Source: an uncultured Candidatus Rokubacteria bacterium (GTDB taxonomy: Bacteria; Methylomirabilota; Methylomirabilia; Rokubacteriales; CSP1-6). Taken from it: a stretch of 64,000 nt of DNA. Every line of letters begins with the position of its first letter. Position 1 is the stretch's first letter. The notes under the pieces were generated by a model. The model did no database searches and was not told the origin of the DNA. It worked only from the letters and a program-made list of their open reading frames with translations. Positions 25,764 to 38,593 of the stretch are shown piece by piece. The stretch spans positions 512,001 to 576,000 of the forward strand of contig CAWBMV010000034.1 of the NCBI GenBank assembly GCA_963789955.1, read 5' to 3'. A program made the translations under genes and the position numbers.

Positions 25764-26798
25764 TCAGCCCAGGTACGCGCGCGGGTTGTCGGCGCGCAGC
25801 GCCTTGAGCTGCTCGTACAGCTCGCGTTCGGCCGCGGTCACGTCGCTCGGCATCACGATCTTCACCACCACCAGCTGATCGCCGGCGCCGCCGCCCTTGA
25901 GGCGCGGCATCCCGTAGCCGGGCAGCCTGAACGTGCGCGCGCTCGACGTCGCGGGCGGGATCTTCATCGACACCTTGCCGCGCAAGGTCGGCACTTCGAG
26001 GCTCGCGCCGAGGGCAGCCTCCGGCGCCGTCACCGGCAGGGTCAGATGAATGTCGTCGCCCTTGCGCTCGAAGAATGGATGGGGCGCGACCGTGACGCTC
26101 AGATAGAGGTCACCGCGCGACGCCGCTCCGCCGGCGCCCTCGCCGGCGACGCGCACGCGCTGGTCGCTCTTCACGCCCGCTGGAATCTTCACGTCGACCT
26201 GGCGGCGCACGCGCTGCCAGCCGTTGCCGCCGCACGCGGTGCACGGCTGGCGTTTGATGTGTCCGGAGCCGTGGCATGTCGCGCACGGCTCCTCGATGTC
26301 CATGGCGAACGTCTTGCGGGCGCCCTGGAAGGCCTCGTCGAGCGTGATCTCGATGCCCGCCTGCACGTCGCCGCCGCGGCCGCGTTGCCCGCTTTCGAAG
26401 AGATCTTCGAGGCGGACGCCTTCGCCCCGGGGCCCACCGCGACCGGTCAGGTCACCGAAGATCGAGCGAAAGAAGTCGGAGAAGTCCCCAGCGCCTCCGG
26501 CGTCGCCGCCGTACTCGACTCTGAACCCGCCACCGCCGCCGGGACCGCCGGACGGGGCCTGCGTATAGCGCTGCCAGTCGGGTCCGAGCGAGTCGTAGCG
26601 GCGGCGCTTTTCAGGATCGGAGAGCACTTCGTACGCTTCGTTGATCTCCTTGAACCGCTCGGCCGAGTCCTTACCGCCCTTGGCGACGTCCGGGTGATGC
26701 TTCCTTGCGAGCCGCCGGTAGGCGGACTTGATCGTCTTGTCGTCGGCCTTCCGGTCGACCCCGAGAATCTTGTAGTAGTCCTTGAAATCGACGGCCAT
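25764..26798 (-). CDS. DnaJ-class co-chaperone (CbpA-like with a short Zn-finger)
   Basis: J domain with HPD, G/F-rich region, CATCHGSG and CTACGGNG, DnaJ C-terminal domain. Confidence 0.92.
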   Translation of the reverse strand: MAVDFKDYYKILGVDRKADDKTIKSAYRRLARKHHPDVAKGGKDSAERFKEINEAYEVLSDPEKRRRYDSLGPDWQRYTQAPSGGPGGGGGFRVEYGGDAGGAGDFSDFFRSIFGDLTGRGGPRGEGVRLEDLFESGQRGRGGDVQAGIEITLDEAFQGARKTFAMDIEEPCATCHGSGHIKRQPCTACGGNGWQRVRRQVDVKIPAGVKSDQRVRVAGEGAGGAASRGDLYLSVTVAPHPFFERKGDDIHLTLPVTAPEAALGASLEVPTLRGKVSMKIPPATSSARTFRLPGYGMPRLKGGGAGDQLVVVKIVMPSDVTAAERELYEQLKALRADNPRAYLG

Positions 26799-26816
26799 TG
26801 GCCTTACCTATCAGGA

Positions 26817-26825
26817 AGTATAGCA
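26817..26825 (-). promoter_or_regulatory. Extended -10 promoter element upstream of dnaJ-clpB
   Basis: TGCTATACT on the minus strand, 18 nt before the ATG. Confidence 0.55.
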
Positions 26826-26906
26826 GATGATTTGAGTCGTGCACGCTAATGACCAGGAAAACTTCCCGTCGGTCATGACTTCTGGAAACTACGACAGTTG
26901 CTGGGC

Positions 26907-28405
26907 TTAGCCGCGACCCACGCGGAAGGCCACGTAGAGCGACATCGCCCCACGCTGGAGCAGGACGGTGAGAGGATCCCCCTCCTTCATATCCCGGGTG
27001 AGGCGCTCGAAGTCGGCCATCGTCTTCACGTTCTGGCCGTTGAGCTGCTTGACGACGTCGCCACGCTGGACGCCGGCCTCGGCGGCCGCGGCGCCGTCCT
27101 CGACCCGCACGACGATGACCCCATCGGTCGTCCGTAGATTCAGCTGGCGCGCGATCTCGGGCGTGACCGGACGAACCTCGAGCCCCAGCATCGAGCGCGC
27201 CCGCCCGGCGCCGGGCCGCTGCTGCTGCTGCGCCTGACGTTCATCGGGCGCCTGGCCGACCTTGACCTCGACGGTCTTCTCGGCCTGGTCTCTCAGGATT
27301 TTCACCTTCGCGCTCCGGTCAGGGGAGAAGAAGCCGACGGCGCGCTGCAGATCGCCTGGACCCTCCATCGGGCGCCCTTCGAACTCGAGCAGGATGTCGC
27401 CCGGCTTGAGCCCGGCCTTGGCAGCCGGGCTGTCGGCCATCACCTCGTTGATCAGCACGCCCTTCGCGTCCTTGGATCCGAACGAGCGCGCGAGCTCGGG
27501 AGTGAGCGGCTGGATCGAAACACCGAGCCAGCCGCGCGTCACACGGCCCTTGTCCCGGAGCTCCGTGTAGATCTTGCGCGCCATGTTCGACGGAATCGCG
27601 AAGCCGATTCCCGAGCCGCCGGCGACGATCGCGGTGTTGATGCCGATCACCTCGCCCTGCATGTTCACGAGCGGCCCGCCGGAGTTGCCCGGATTGATCG
27701 CGGCATCGGTCTGCAGAAAATCGTCGAACGGCCCCTGATCGAGCTGCCGCGCCTTGGCGCTGATGATGCCGGCGGTGACCGTCGCCTGCAGGCCGAACGG
27801 CGAGCCGACGGCCAGGACCCAGTCGCCGACCTGCATCCGGTCCGAGTCGCCGAGCCGGGCGTACTTGAACGTGGCCTTGCCGTCGTCGAGCTTGAGCACC
27901 GCCAGATCGGTCTTCTTGTCCAGGCCGATGACCTTCGCGCGATGCTTGCCGCCATCGAGGGTCACGATCTCGATGACCGTGCTCTTGTCCTCGGTCGCCT
28001 TGTCGACCACGTGGGCGTTCGTGAGCGCGATCCCGGTGGAATCCACGATGACGCCGGAGCCGAGGCTCCGCTGCGGGATCCGCTCAGGCGCCTCGCCGAA
28101 GAAGCGCTTGAAGAATTCATCGCCGAAGTACTCCTCGAACGGGGTCCGGCCCTGGAGCCCCCGGCCGACCGGGATACCGTGATATTGATCACGGCCGGCT
28201 TGATGGCATCCGCGATGGCCGCGAAGGTGCCGCCCTGAGGCGGCATCTGAACGGGAAGGACGGGGATCGGAGTCACGGGCGCCTGCGCCTCGAGCAGAGG
28301 ACGCCGCAGCTCGGCTCGGGTCCCGGAGTACACCCCCAGAGCGGCGCCCAGCGCCAGGGCGATCGCGACCGCTGTGAAGAAGGTCCTCCGCCTGAGCTGC
28401 ATCAT
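26907..28405 (-). CDS. degP: Do/DegQ (HtrA) serine protease with two PDZ domains (frameshift near 28175)
   Basis: TNAHV, DLAVL, TDAAINPGNSGGPL, two PDZ domains; N-terminal membrane anchor in ORF 27962..28405; ATGA overlap with ftsH. Confidence 0.9.
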
Positions 28406-30316
28406 CGGGTTGTCTCCATCGTACTCTCACCGGCGAGGGCCCGACGGAGTCGCTCACCCTCCAGGGTCTCGGTCCGTTTCAGCTCTTGAGCCGCCGAGAT
28501 CAGGATGGCCTTCTTCGTCGTCAGCATGCCCCGGACCCGATCGTGGGTACGGTCGAGGATCGAGCGGATCTCGGCGTCGATCGTCCGGGCGGTCTCGTCG
28601 CTGTATTCGCGCTCGCCGCCCATTCCCGTGCCCTTGAGGAAGAGCGGGGTGTGCTCGCCGAACGTCGCGAGCCCGATACGCTCGGACATTCCGTACTTGG
28701 TCACCATGAGGCGCGCGATCTCGCTGGCCCGCTCGAGGTCGTTGTGCGCGCCCGTCGAGACCTCCCCGTAGACGAGCTCCTCGGCGACGCGTCCGCCCAG
28801 GAGCACGGCGATCCGGTCTTCGAGCTCGCTCCGGGTCATCAGGAAGCGCTCCTCGGTCGGCAGCTGATAGGTCATCCCGAGCGCGGCGATACCTCGCGGG
28901 ATGATCGTCACCTTGTGGACGGGGTCAGCGTGCGCGACGGACGTCGCGACCAGCGCGTGGCCCATCTCGTGGTGGGCGACGATGTCGCGCTCCTTCTCGG
29001 AGAGCACCCGACTCTTCTTTTCGAGTCCGGCCACGACGCGGTCGATCGCCTCCTCGAAGTCGGCCATCTCCACGGCGGCCTTCTCTTTTCGCGCCGCGAG
29101 GAGCGCCGCCTCGTTGATGATGTTGGCGAGGTCGGCGCCGGCGAAGCCCGGCGTGCGCGCCGCGATCACGCCGAGGTCGACGCCCGGAGCCAGAACCACC
29201 GCCCGAGCATGCAATCTCAGGATCGCCTCGCGGCCTCTCAGGTCGGGCTTGTCGACGACGACCTGGCGGTCGAAGCGACCCGGCCGCAGGAGCGCCTGGT
29301 CGAGCACCTCCGGGCGGTTCGTGGCGGCCACGAGGATGACGCCCTTCGACGAGTCGAAACCGTCCATCTCGGCCAGGAGCTGGTTCAGGGTCTGCTCGCG
29401 CTCGTCGTGGCCCCCGATGAACCCGGTGCTGCCCGCCCGCGACTTGCCGATCGCGTCCAGCTCGTCGATGAAGATGATGCAGGGGGCCTTGTCCTTGGCC
29501 TGCTCGAAGAGATCGCGGACGCGCGCGGCGCCCACGCCGACGAACATCTCGACGAACTCCGAGCCGGACAGGGTGAAGAACGGCACGTCCGCCTCGCCGG
29601 CCACGGCCCGCGCCAGCAAGGTCTTGCCGGTGCCCGGGGGGCCCACCAGGAGCACGCCCTTCGGGATGCGACCGCCGAGGCGCTGGTACTTCTTCGGGTT
29701 CTTCAGGAAGTCGACGATCTCGACGAGCTCGGCCTTGGCCTCGTCGACCCCGGCGACGTCGCTGAATGTCGTCTTGAGCTCCTTGCGGTCGAAGATCTTG
29801 TGCTTGGAGCGCCCGAACGAGAGGGCCTGGGTGGGGCCGCCGCCCACGCGCCGCATCAGGAACATCCAGATGCCGACCATGACGCCGAGCGGGATGATCC
29901 AGCCGAAGAAGAGGTCGCGGACGAACGTCGACTCGATGCGGCCGGTGAACTCGACCTTGTGCTTTTCGAGCTCGGTGATGAGCGGCGCCTCGTCGACGCC
30001 GGGGATGCGCGTGACGGTGAAGACGCGGACTTCGCCGTCCGAGCCGAGCCACTGACGGAGGCGATCGCCCGGGCCGCTCGGGGGGCTCGGGCAGCGCGTC
30101 GGGCTTGGCGATCCCCCGGATCTCCTTCTCCGTCAACGCGACCTTCTCGATCTTGTCGCTGCGCACGAGCTCGAGGAACTTCGACATCGGGATCTCGACC
30201 GTGCGAGGGGCCTGCAGCCAGGACTGGAGCAGGAGAAGGACCATGGCCGCGACCAGCACGTAGGCCAGCGAGAACTGGATGCGCTGGTTGAGCCGCGGCC
30301 TCATTCGTATCCCCAT
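28402..30316 (-). CDS. ftsH: ATP-dependent Zn metalloprotease FtsH (frameshifts near 30030-30080)
   Basis: [30 protein letters not shown]. Confidence 0.95.
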
Positions 30317-30321
30317 TCGTC

Positions 30322-30350
30322 ATGCTAGCGTTGGGGGGCTATAGAGTCAA
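30322..30350 (-). promoter_or_regulatory. sigma70-type promoter for ftsH-degP
   Basis: TTGACT-N17-TAGCAT on the minus strand, 5 nt before ATG 30316. Confidence 0.7.
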
Positions 30351-30369
30351 ACATCCAGCCTCTTTTCGC

Positions 30370-30398
30370 TTGACACTTCAAGCCCTTTGGCCTAAAAG
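30370..30398 (+). promoter_or_regulatory. Putative sigma70 promoter of the respiratory cluster
   Basis: Perfect TTGACA, then N17, then TAAAAG (weak -10) in an AT-richer divergent intergenic region. Confidence 0.5.
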
Positions 30399-30463
30399 TT
30401 GGCCCTGATCGATCTAGTGAAACTGAGAACAAGCTCGTCTCTCGCGAGGGTCCACCAACACCG

Positions 30464-32308
30464 TTGCGAGTTTCTGGTTCGGTAGTCGACGCGAAAAAGC
30501 GCCGTGCGGTCCGCCGGAGTGCCTGGACGGCTCTGGCAGTGGTGGCGCTCCTCACCTTGCTCTCGGCGCTCCCGGCGCTGGCCCAGGACGCGGCCAAAGA
30601 ACCGGCATACCGCGCATTCCCGCTGATCGGCTCGCGGCTGGCGGTCTGGGCGGTCGCCCAGCTCCATCTGAACTTCGCCGCCTTCATCCTCGGCGTGCCG
30701 ATCTTCGCCGTCATCATCGAGATCATCGGCTGGCGCACCCGTGACGCCCAGTACGACTGGCTCTCGCACGAGCTCGTCAAGCTGACGTTCGCGGCGTTCT
30801 CGACGACGGCGCTGCTGGGCGCGCTCCTCCTGTTCCTGTTCATCGGCTACTACCCGAAGTTCTGGACGTACATGACGTCGATCTTCTTCCCCACGTACGG
30901 GGTGTACGCCGGCCTGTTCTTCGCCGAGACCTTCACCGTCTACATCTGGTACTACGGCTGGGACTGGCTCAGCGGCTCTCGGAAATGGATCCACGTGAGC
31001 CTCGGCGTGCTGTCCAACCTCTTCGGGACCGCGATCCTCCTGGTCGCCAACTCCTGGGTGACGTTCATGATCTCGCCCGCCGGCGTCGACGACTCCGGCG
31101 CCTTGAAGGGCTCGGTGTGGGCGGCGATCAACAACTTCACCTGGATGCCGATCAACATCCACCGGCTCATCGCCAACATCGTCTTCGGCGGCACCATCTG
31201 CGCGGCGTACGCGGCGTTCCGCTTCCTCGGCGCCAAGACCGACGAGGAGCGGGCCCGCTACGACTGGATGGGGTACATCGGCAACTTCGTGGCCCTGTCG
31301 GCGTTCATCGTGCTGCCGTTCGCCGGCTACTACCTCGGCCGCGAGATCTACGCGTTCAACCAGACCATGGGCATCACGATGATGGGCGGCTTCATGTCCT
31401 GGCTCTGGATCATCCAGGCGATCCTGATCGGCGTGCTCTTCATGGGCTCGAACTACTATCTGTGGCTCGGCATGGAGCGCATCCCGGGCTCGGAGCGGTA
31501 TCGCCGCTACGTGCCGATGCTCATCGGCATCCTCGCGTTCGGCTTCATGGTCTGGGCGACGCCGCGCTCGATGGTCATCACGCTCGACGAGGCGCGCGCG
31601 ATGGGCGGCACTCACCATCCGTTGCTGGGCTTCCTCGGCGTCATGTCCGCGAAGAACACGGCCGTGAACATGATGATCCTGACGACGTTCCTGTCGTTCG
31701 TCCTCTACCGCCGCGCGAACAAGGTCTCGACCAAGTCGTGGGTCGGAATGGGTATGGCGATCCAGTGGGCCGCGCTCGGCGTCGCGGCGGCCATCGTCAT
31801 CTTCTTCGGCGTGTACGGCTACTTCGTCGAGTCGCTCGTGCGGATCGGGTTCTCGGTCTATCAGGTGCTCGCCGTGCTCGGCGCGATCTTCGTCGTGATG
31901 GCGATCGACATTCCCATGTTCAAGGGCGCCCGATCCACCGGGCTGATCCGCTGGGGCACGATCGCGCCGCGCTCGCAGTACGTGTTGATCCTGCTCGCGG
32001 TGACCTTCACCTGGCTCATGGGGCTGATGGGCTTCGCCCGCTCGGGCATCCGCCAGCACTGGCACGTCTACGGCGTCATGCGCGACAACTCGGTCGACGC
32101 GGTCACGCCCGCGATCGGGTACGCGTCCAACATGATCACGGTGGTCACCATCGCGTTCTTCCTGCTCGTGCTGTTCATCTTCTGGCTCGGCGGACTCGGC
32201 GAGAAGGGCAAGGCCGAGGCGCACGGCCACGCGGCGCCGGTCATCGCCGGCGGCAGCGACGCCTCGGCGGGGGAGCCGAGAGGGGGGCGGAGCCCCCTTC
32301 TCCCATAA
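30464..32308 (+). CDS. Cytochrome bd subunit I (CydA)-like membrane protein, non-canonical
   Basis: QLHLNFAAFILG (first heme His), F.AE..F.YIW.YGWD, ANSWVTFMISPAG, NIHRLIAN, C-terminal RSGIRQHWHVYGVMR (cf. CydA ExGRQPW). No cydB adjacent. Confidence 0.8.
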   Translation: MRVSGSVVDAKKRRAVRRSAWTALAVVALLTLLSALPALAQDAAKEPAYRAFPLIGSRLAVWAVAQLHLNFAAFILGVPIFAVIIEIIGWRTRDAQYDWLSHELVKLTFAAFSTTALLGALLLFLFIGYYPKFWTYMTSIFFPTYGVYAGLFFAETFTVYIWYYGWDWLSGSRKWIHVSLGVLSNLFGTAILLVANSWVTFMISPAGVDDSGALKGSVWAAINNFTWMPINIHRLIANIVFGGTICAAYAAFRFLGAKTDEERARYDWMGYIGNFVALSAFIVLPFAGYYLGREIYAFNQTMGITMMGGFMSWLWIIQAILIGVLFMGSNYYLWLGMERIPGSERYRRYVPMLIGILAFGFMVWATPRSMVITLDEARAMGGTHHPLLGFLGVMSAKNTAVNMMILTTFLSFVLYRRANKVSTKSWVGMGMAIQWAALGVAAAIVIFFGVYGYFVESLVRIGFSVYQVLAVLGAIFVVMAIDIPMFKGARSTGLIRWGTIAPRSQYVLILLAVTFTWLMGLMGFARSGIRQHWHVYGVMRDNSVDAVTPAIGYASNMITVVTIAFFLLVLFIFWLGGLGEKGKAEAHGHAAPVIAGGSDASAGEPRGGRSPLLP

Positions 32309-32309
32309 A

Positions 32310-33108
32310 ATGCGACTTCCGGTCGCGGTGAAGGTCGGGGCGTTCGCGCTCGTCGTGATGGGCAGCTACACGTACTACGCGAACTCGATTCCGCAGATCC
32401 AGTCGAAGCCTCCCGCAAGAGCTGTCGCTCGAGGGCGGCAACGTCACGACGGCCCAGCTCGTGAAGGCCGGCGAGGAGATCTTCCACACCAAGGGCACCT
32501 GCGAGATCTGCCATCGCATCGGCCAGAAGGGAACGCGCGCGCCCGATCTCGCGGGCATCGGCTCGCGCGCGGCCAAGACGAAGCCGGGCATGAGCGCCAA
32601 GCAGTACATCATCGAGTCGCTGCTGCAGCCGGGCGCCTACCTCGTCGAGGGCTACCCGAACATCATGCCGCAGATCGACAAGCCGCCGATCGCGCTCAAC
32701 CGCTCCGAGCTCTGGGCGCTCACGGCGTTCCTCGAGTCGCAGGGCGGCACGGCCGACGTCAAGCTCGACGACATCCCGAAGACCGCGGGCGCGTCGGCCG
32801 CCGGCGGCGCGCCGGCCGAGATCAAGCTGCCGGGCGACCCGAAGGCGGGCGAAGCCGTGTTCACGACGAAGGCCGGCTGCATCGCGTGCCACAAGGCGGG
32901 CAAGATCGGCGCCTCGCCGGTCGGCCCCGATCTCTCGCAGATCGCGAAGATCCAGACGCCCGACTACATCATGAAGAAGATCCTGGATCCCGCGGGCTCC
33001 GGGACGGTCGCGGGCTTCCCGAAGGGCGTGATGCCGCCGATGTTCGGCCAGACCCTGACGGCGAAGGAGTATATGGACCTGGTCTCGTTCCTGCTGACGC
33101 TCAAGTGA
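32310..33108 (+). CDS. Membrane-anchored diheme cytochrome c (frameshift near 32415)
   Basis: N-terminal TM segment, then CEICH...IMP and CIACH...GPDLS...VMP. Confidence 0.88.
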
Positions 33109-33112
33109 GGGC

Positions 33113-33866
33113 ATGAACTTCCTCCGCTCGCGCTTCGCCCAGGCGGTCCTCGTCCTCGTGATCGCCTTCGTGATCTTCCGCTTCGGCATCCGGCCGCCGG
33201 CGCCGTGGAGCGTGCTCACGCTCTACATGACGATCGTGCTCCTGGCGGTGCTCGTGTTCGTCTCGTCCGACTCCGACTCGTGGCGCGACTTCATGCGGCC
33301 GATCCGCACGACCCTGGTCGCGCCCGACAAGAAATTCACGCGCCTCGCGCTCCTGGTCATCGTGCCGCTCCTGCTCGGCTACTACGCGTACACGCAGGCC
33401 GCGGCCAAGCCGCAGGCGCCGCCGGAGCTGCGCGCCGTCCATCCCGCGCCGCCCGCGTCGATCCAGTTCCGCGGCAAGGAGATCCAGATCACGGGGTTGG
33501 ACAACCCGCTGCGCAAGGACCAGGCGAGCTTCAAGAAGCACGTGGCGGCCGGAGAAGAGATCTACATCCGCAACTGCATGTACTGCCACGGCGACAACCT
33601 GGATGGGAAAGGGCACTTCGCGCACGGCTTCAATCCGCCGCCGGCGAACTTCCAGGATCCGGGCACGATCGCGATGCTCCAGGAGGCATTTCTCTTCTGG
33701 CGCATCTCGAAGGGCGGACCCGGGCCTGCCCAAGGAGTCCACGCCCTGGAACTCGGTCATGCCGGCGTGGGAAGACCGCCTGACCGAGGAGCAGATCTGG
33801 CAGGTCATCATGTATCTCTACGACGCGACCGGTCAGCAGCCGCGGCGCTGGGAGACCGCGCATTGA
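33113..33866 (+). CDS. Membrane-bound monoheme cytochrome c (frameshift near 33722)
   Basis: Three N-terminal TM segments, CMYCHGD, FWRISKGG, then GLPKESTPWNSVMPAW in ORF 33603..33866. Confidence 0.85.
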
Positions 33867-35315
33867 GGGCCACCGTCCTCGCGGCCGCCGTCGTCGCCCT
33901 CGTCGTTCGCCGCGCCGGCGCTCGTCGGCGCGCAGGCCGGCGACGCGAACGCCGGCAAGGCCGTCTACCAGCTCAAATGCGTCGGCTGTCACGGCGACAA
34001 GGGCGACGGCAAGGGGCCGGCCGCCGAACTCCTCATGCCGCAGCCCCGCGACTTCACCTCGGGCATCTACAAGATCCGGACGACGGCCGGCAAGGCGCCG
34101 TCCGACCAGGACCTCTTCCGATCATCACCGACGGGATGCCCGGCACGTCGATGCCGCCGTGGGCGGTGCTTCCCGAGAAGGACCGCTGGAATCTCGTCGC
34201 GTACATCAAGGCGTTCGCGGCGGACAAGTTCAAGGAAGCGCCCAAGAAGCTCGAGCTGCCCAAGGAAGTCGCCTCGTCGGCGGAGTCGATCAAGCGCGGC
34301 AAGGAGATGTTCGAGGCGATCGAGTGCAACAAGTGCCACGGCACCGACGGGCGCGCCGACGGTCCGTCGCGCGCCGAGCTGAAGGACGAGTGGGGCCATC
34401 CGATCGCGCCGGCCAATCTCACCAAGCGGTGGACGTTCCGCGGCGGCGCGACGCGAACCGAGATCGCCACGCGGCTCGCCGCGGGGGTGCTCGGCACGCC
34501 GATGCCCATCGTTCATCGACAGCGTCGAGAAGCCCGAGGACATCTGGCACCTGACGAACTACATCCTGTCCCTGGGCCCGGACTCGCCGCACTACGCGAC
34601 GCTGGTCACGGTCACCGCCGTGTCGGACGCGATCCCCGACGACCCGAACGCCGACTTCTGGAAGAAGCTCACGCCCAACAACATCCCGCTGATGGGCCAG
34701 GTGATCGTCGATCCGCGGAACTTCAATCCGTCGATCGACCTCGTGTCGGTGCGCGCGGTCTACAACGACAAGGAGATCGCGTTCCACCTGACGTGGGACG
34801 ATCCGACCCAGTCGACCGACGATCCCGCGAAGAAGCTGTTCGCCGACGCGATCTCGCTGCAGTTCCCGCCGCAGCCCTCGTCCGGCACCGAGCGGCCGTA
34901 CTTCCTGATGGGCGACGCCTCGGACGCGGTCTATCTCCTGCGCTGGGAGAACGGCAAGGGCGTGACGGAGTCGACCGCGAACGGTCCGGCGAAGATCGCG
35001 GCGATCCCGGGGGCCGAAGCGGGCGGCAAAGCGGTGTACGCGAACGGCCAGTATCGCCTCGTGATGAAGCGCCCGCTGGTGTCGAAGGACGCCACGCGCC
35101 CGACGTTCTCGCCCGCGGCGTTCATGCCGGTCGCGTTCCAGGCCTGGGACGGCGGAGCAGGGGAGAGCGGGACTCGGATGTCGCTGACATCATGGTACTA
35201 TCTGCGGCTGGAGGAGCCGCAGTCGGGCCGTCGTTTCGTCATTCCTCCAGTCGTAGCCATCCTCACATTGGCGGTGATGTTGCTCGTGGTGCGAGTTGCG
35301 AATAGACGGGCATGA
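33863..35315 (+). CDS. Diheme cytochrome c fused to an ethylbenzene-dehydrogenase-gamma (EbdC/NxrC)-like domain with C-terminal TM anchor (several frameshifts)
   Basis: Signal peptide, KCVGCHGDKGDGKG..PRDF, GMPGTSMP, ECNKCHG..G, then VRAVYN..IAFHLTWDD, DAISLQFP, PYFLMGD, PVAFQAWDG. Confidence 0.78.
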
Positions 35316-35340
35316 CCCGAATTCAGGAGGATCAAGGGCA

Positions 35341-36042
35341 ATGCGTAAGGTAATCGGAACGCTTCTGGCGATCGCGCTCGTGACAGGCGTCGCCCTCGTC
35401 GCCAACCGCCCCGGACCGGCCGGAGCGCAGGGCGGCGGCACGATCGAGGCGACGGTGACGTATGCCGGGGCGCCGGTCGTCGAGAAGCTCAAGGTGAACA
35501 AGGACACCGAAAAGTGCGGGACCGAGGCGACGATCGAGAAGGTCGTCGTCGGCGCGAACAAGGGGCTGGCCAACGCCGTCGTGTCCGTTCCGGGCGCCAA
35601 GGGCGGCGCGCCGAAGGCAGTGAAGACGACGGTCGATCAGCACGGCTGCAAGTTCGTGCCGCACGTCAGCGCGATGACGCCGGGCGAGATGGATCTCAAG
35701 AACTCGGACGACATCCTGCACAACATCCATACGTACTCGACCGCGAATCCGTCCATCAACAAGGCCCAGCCGAAGTTCAAGAAGGTGATGGCCGAGAAGT
35801 TCGAGAAGCCGGAGATGATCAAGCTCACCTGCGACGTGCACAGCTGGATGCTCGGGTGGGTCGCCGTGATGCCGAATCCGTTCTTCGGCGTGACCGGCGC
35901 CGACGGCACCGCCAAGATCGAGAACGTCCCGCCCGGCAAGTACACGGTCGAGGTGTGGCACGAGACGCTCGGCAAGCAGACGAAAGAGGTCGAGGTCAAG
36001 GCCGGGCAGCCAACGAAGGTCGCGATCGAGATGAAGAAGTAA
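35341..36042 (+). CDS. Secreted cupredoxin / carboxypeptidase-regulatory-like domain protein, paralog 1
   Basis: Signal peptide; DQHGCKFVPHV, NSDDILHNIH, CDVHSWM (His + C-x2-H-x2-M), NVPPGKYTVEVWHE. Confidence 0.75.
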   Translation: MRKVIGTLLAIALVTGVALVANRPGPAGAQGGGTIEATVTYAGAPVVEKLKVNKDTEKCGTEATIEKVVVGANKGLANAVVSVPGAKGGAPKAVKTTVDQHGCKFVPHVSAMTPGEMDLKNSDDILHNIHTYSTANPSINKAQPKFKKVMAEKFEKPEMIKLTCDVHSWMLGWVAVMPNPFFGVTGADGTAKIENVPPGKYTVEVWHETLGKQTKEVEVKAGQPTKVAIEMKK

Positions 36043-36063
36043 GAGCCAGGAGGCTCGGCGAGC

Positions 36064-36786
36064 ATGCTTGACTGGTGGCTGCCGGAGAACGTTTCGACCT
36101 ACGGCCGGGACATCGACTGGCTCTTCCACCTCATCTACTACATCACCGGCGTCACGTTCATCCTGGTCTTCGCCACGATGCTGGCGTTCCTCGTGATGTA
36201 CCGGGACCGTCCGGGGCGGAAGGCGCGCTACACGCACGGCAACACCACGCTCGAGATCGTCTGGACGATCGTGCCGGCGCTGATCCTCGTCATCCTCACG
36301 CTTGCTCAGCGTGCCGGCGTGGTCGAAGATCAAGATGACGATGCCCGCAGACGGACTTCGTCGTGCAGGTGACCGCCAAGCAGTTCAACTGGGAGGTCGA
36401 CCTATCCCGGCGCCGACGGGAAGTTCGGCACCGACGACGACAAGATGCTGCTCGACGAGATGCACGTGCCGGTCAACAAGGTCGATCCGCGTCATCCTGA
36501 AGTCCCAGGACGTCATCCACAGCTTCTTCGTCCCGCAGTTCCGCTTCAAGCAGGACGCCGTGCCCGGCCGCGAGATCCGCGCGTGGTTCGAGGCGACCAA
36601 GCCCGGGCAAGTACGAGTTGCCGTGCGCCGAGCTGTGCGGCTTCGGCCACTCGGGCATGAAGGGCTGGATCTACGTGCACACGCCCGAGGAGTACGGCAA
36701 GTGGGCCGCCGAGAACTTGACGGTCGCGCGGCGGCGCCCGCCGCCGAGCGCGACGATCCTGAGGAGCGAGAGGAGAAAGCCAAGAG

Positions 36787-36790
<4 letters not shown>
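36064..36790 (+). CDS. coxB: Cytochrome c oxidase subunit II without cytochrome c domain (frameshifted)
   Basis: WLPENVSTYG..ID, HGNTTLEIVWT, KQFNW, DVIHSFF..KQDAVPG, CAELCGFGHSGM. Confidence 0.9.
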
Positions 36791-38578
<1,788 letters not shown>

Positions 38579-38593
38579 TCGAGAGGGCGACCG

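Noticed and set aside
26831..26851. HspR (HAIR)-like operator upstream of dnaJ-clpB
   Set aside because: Only the TTGAGT half-site matches, the other half is poor, and no hspR gene is in the window.
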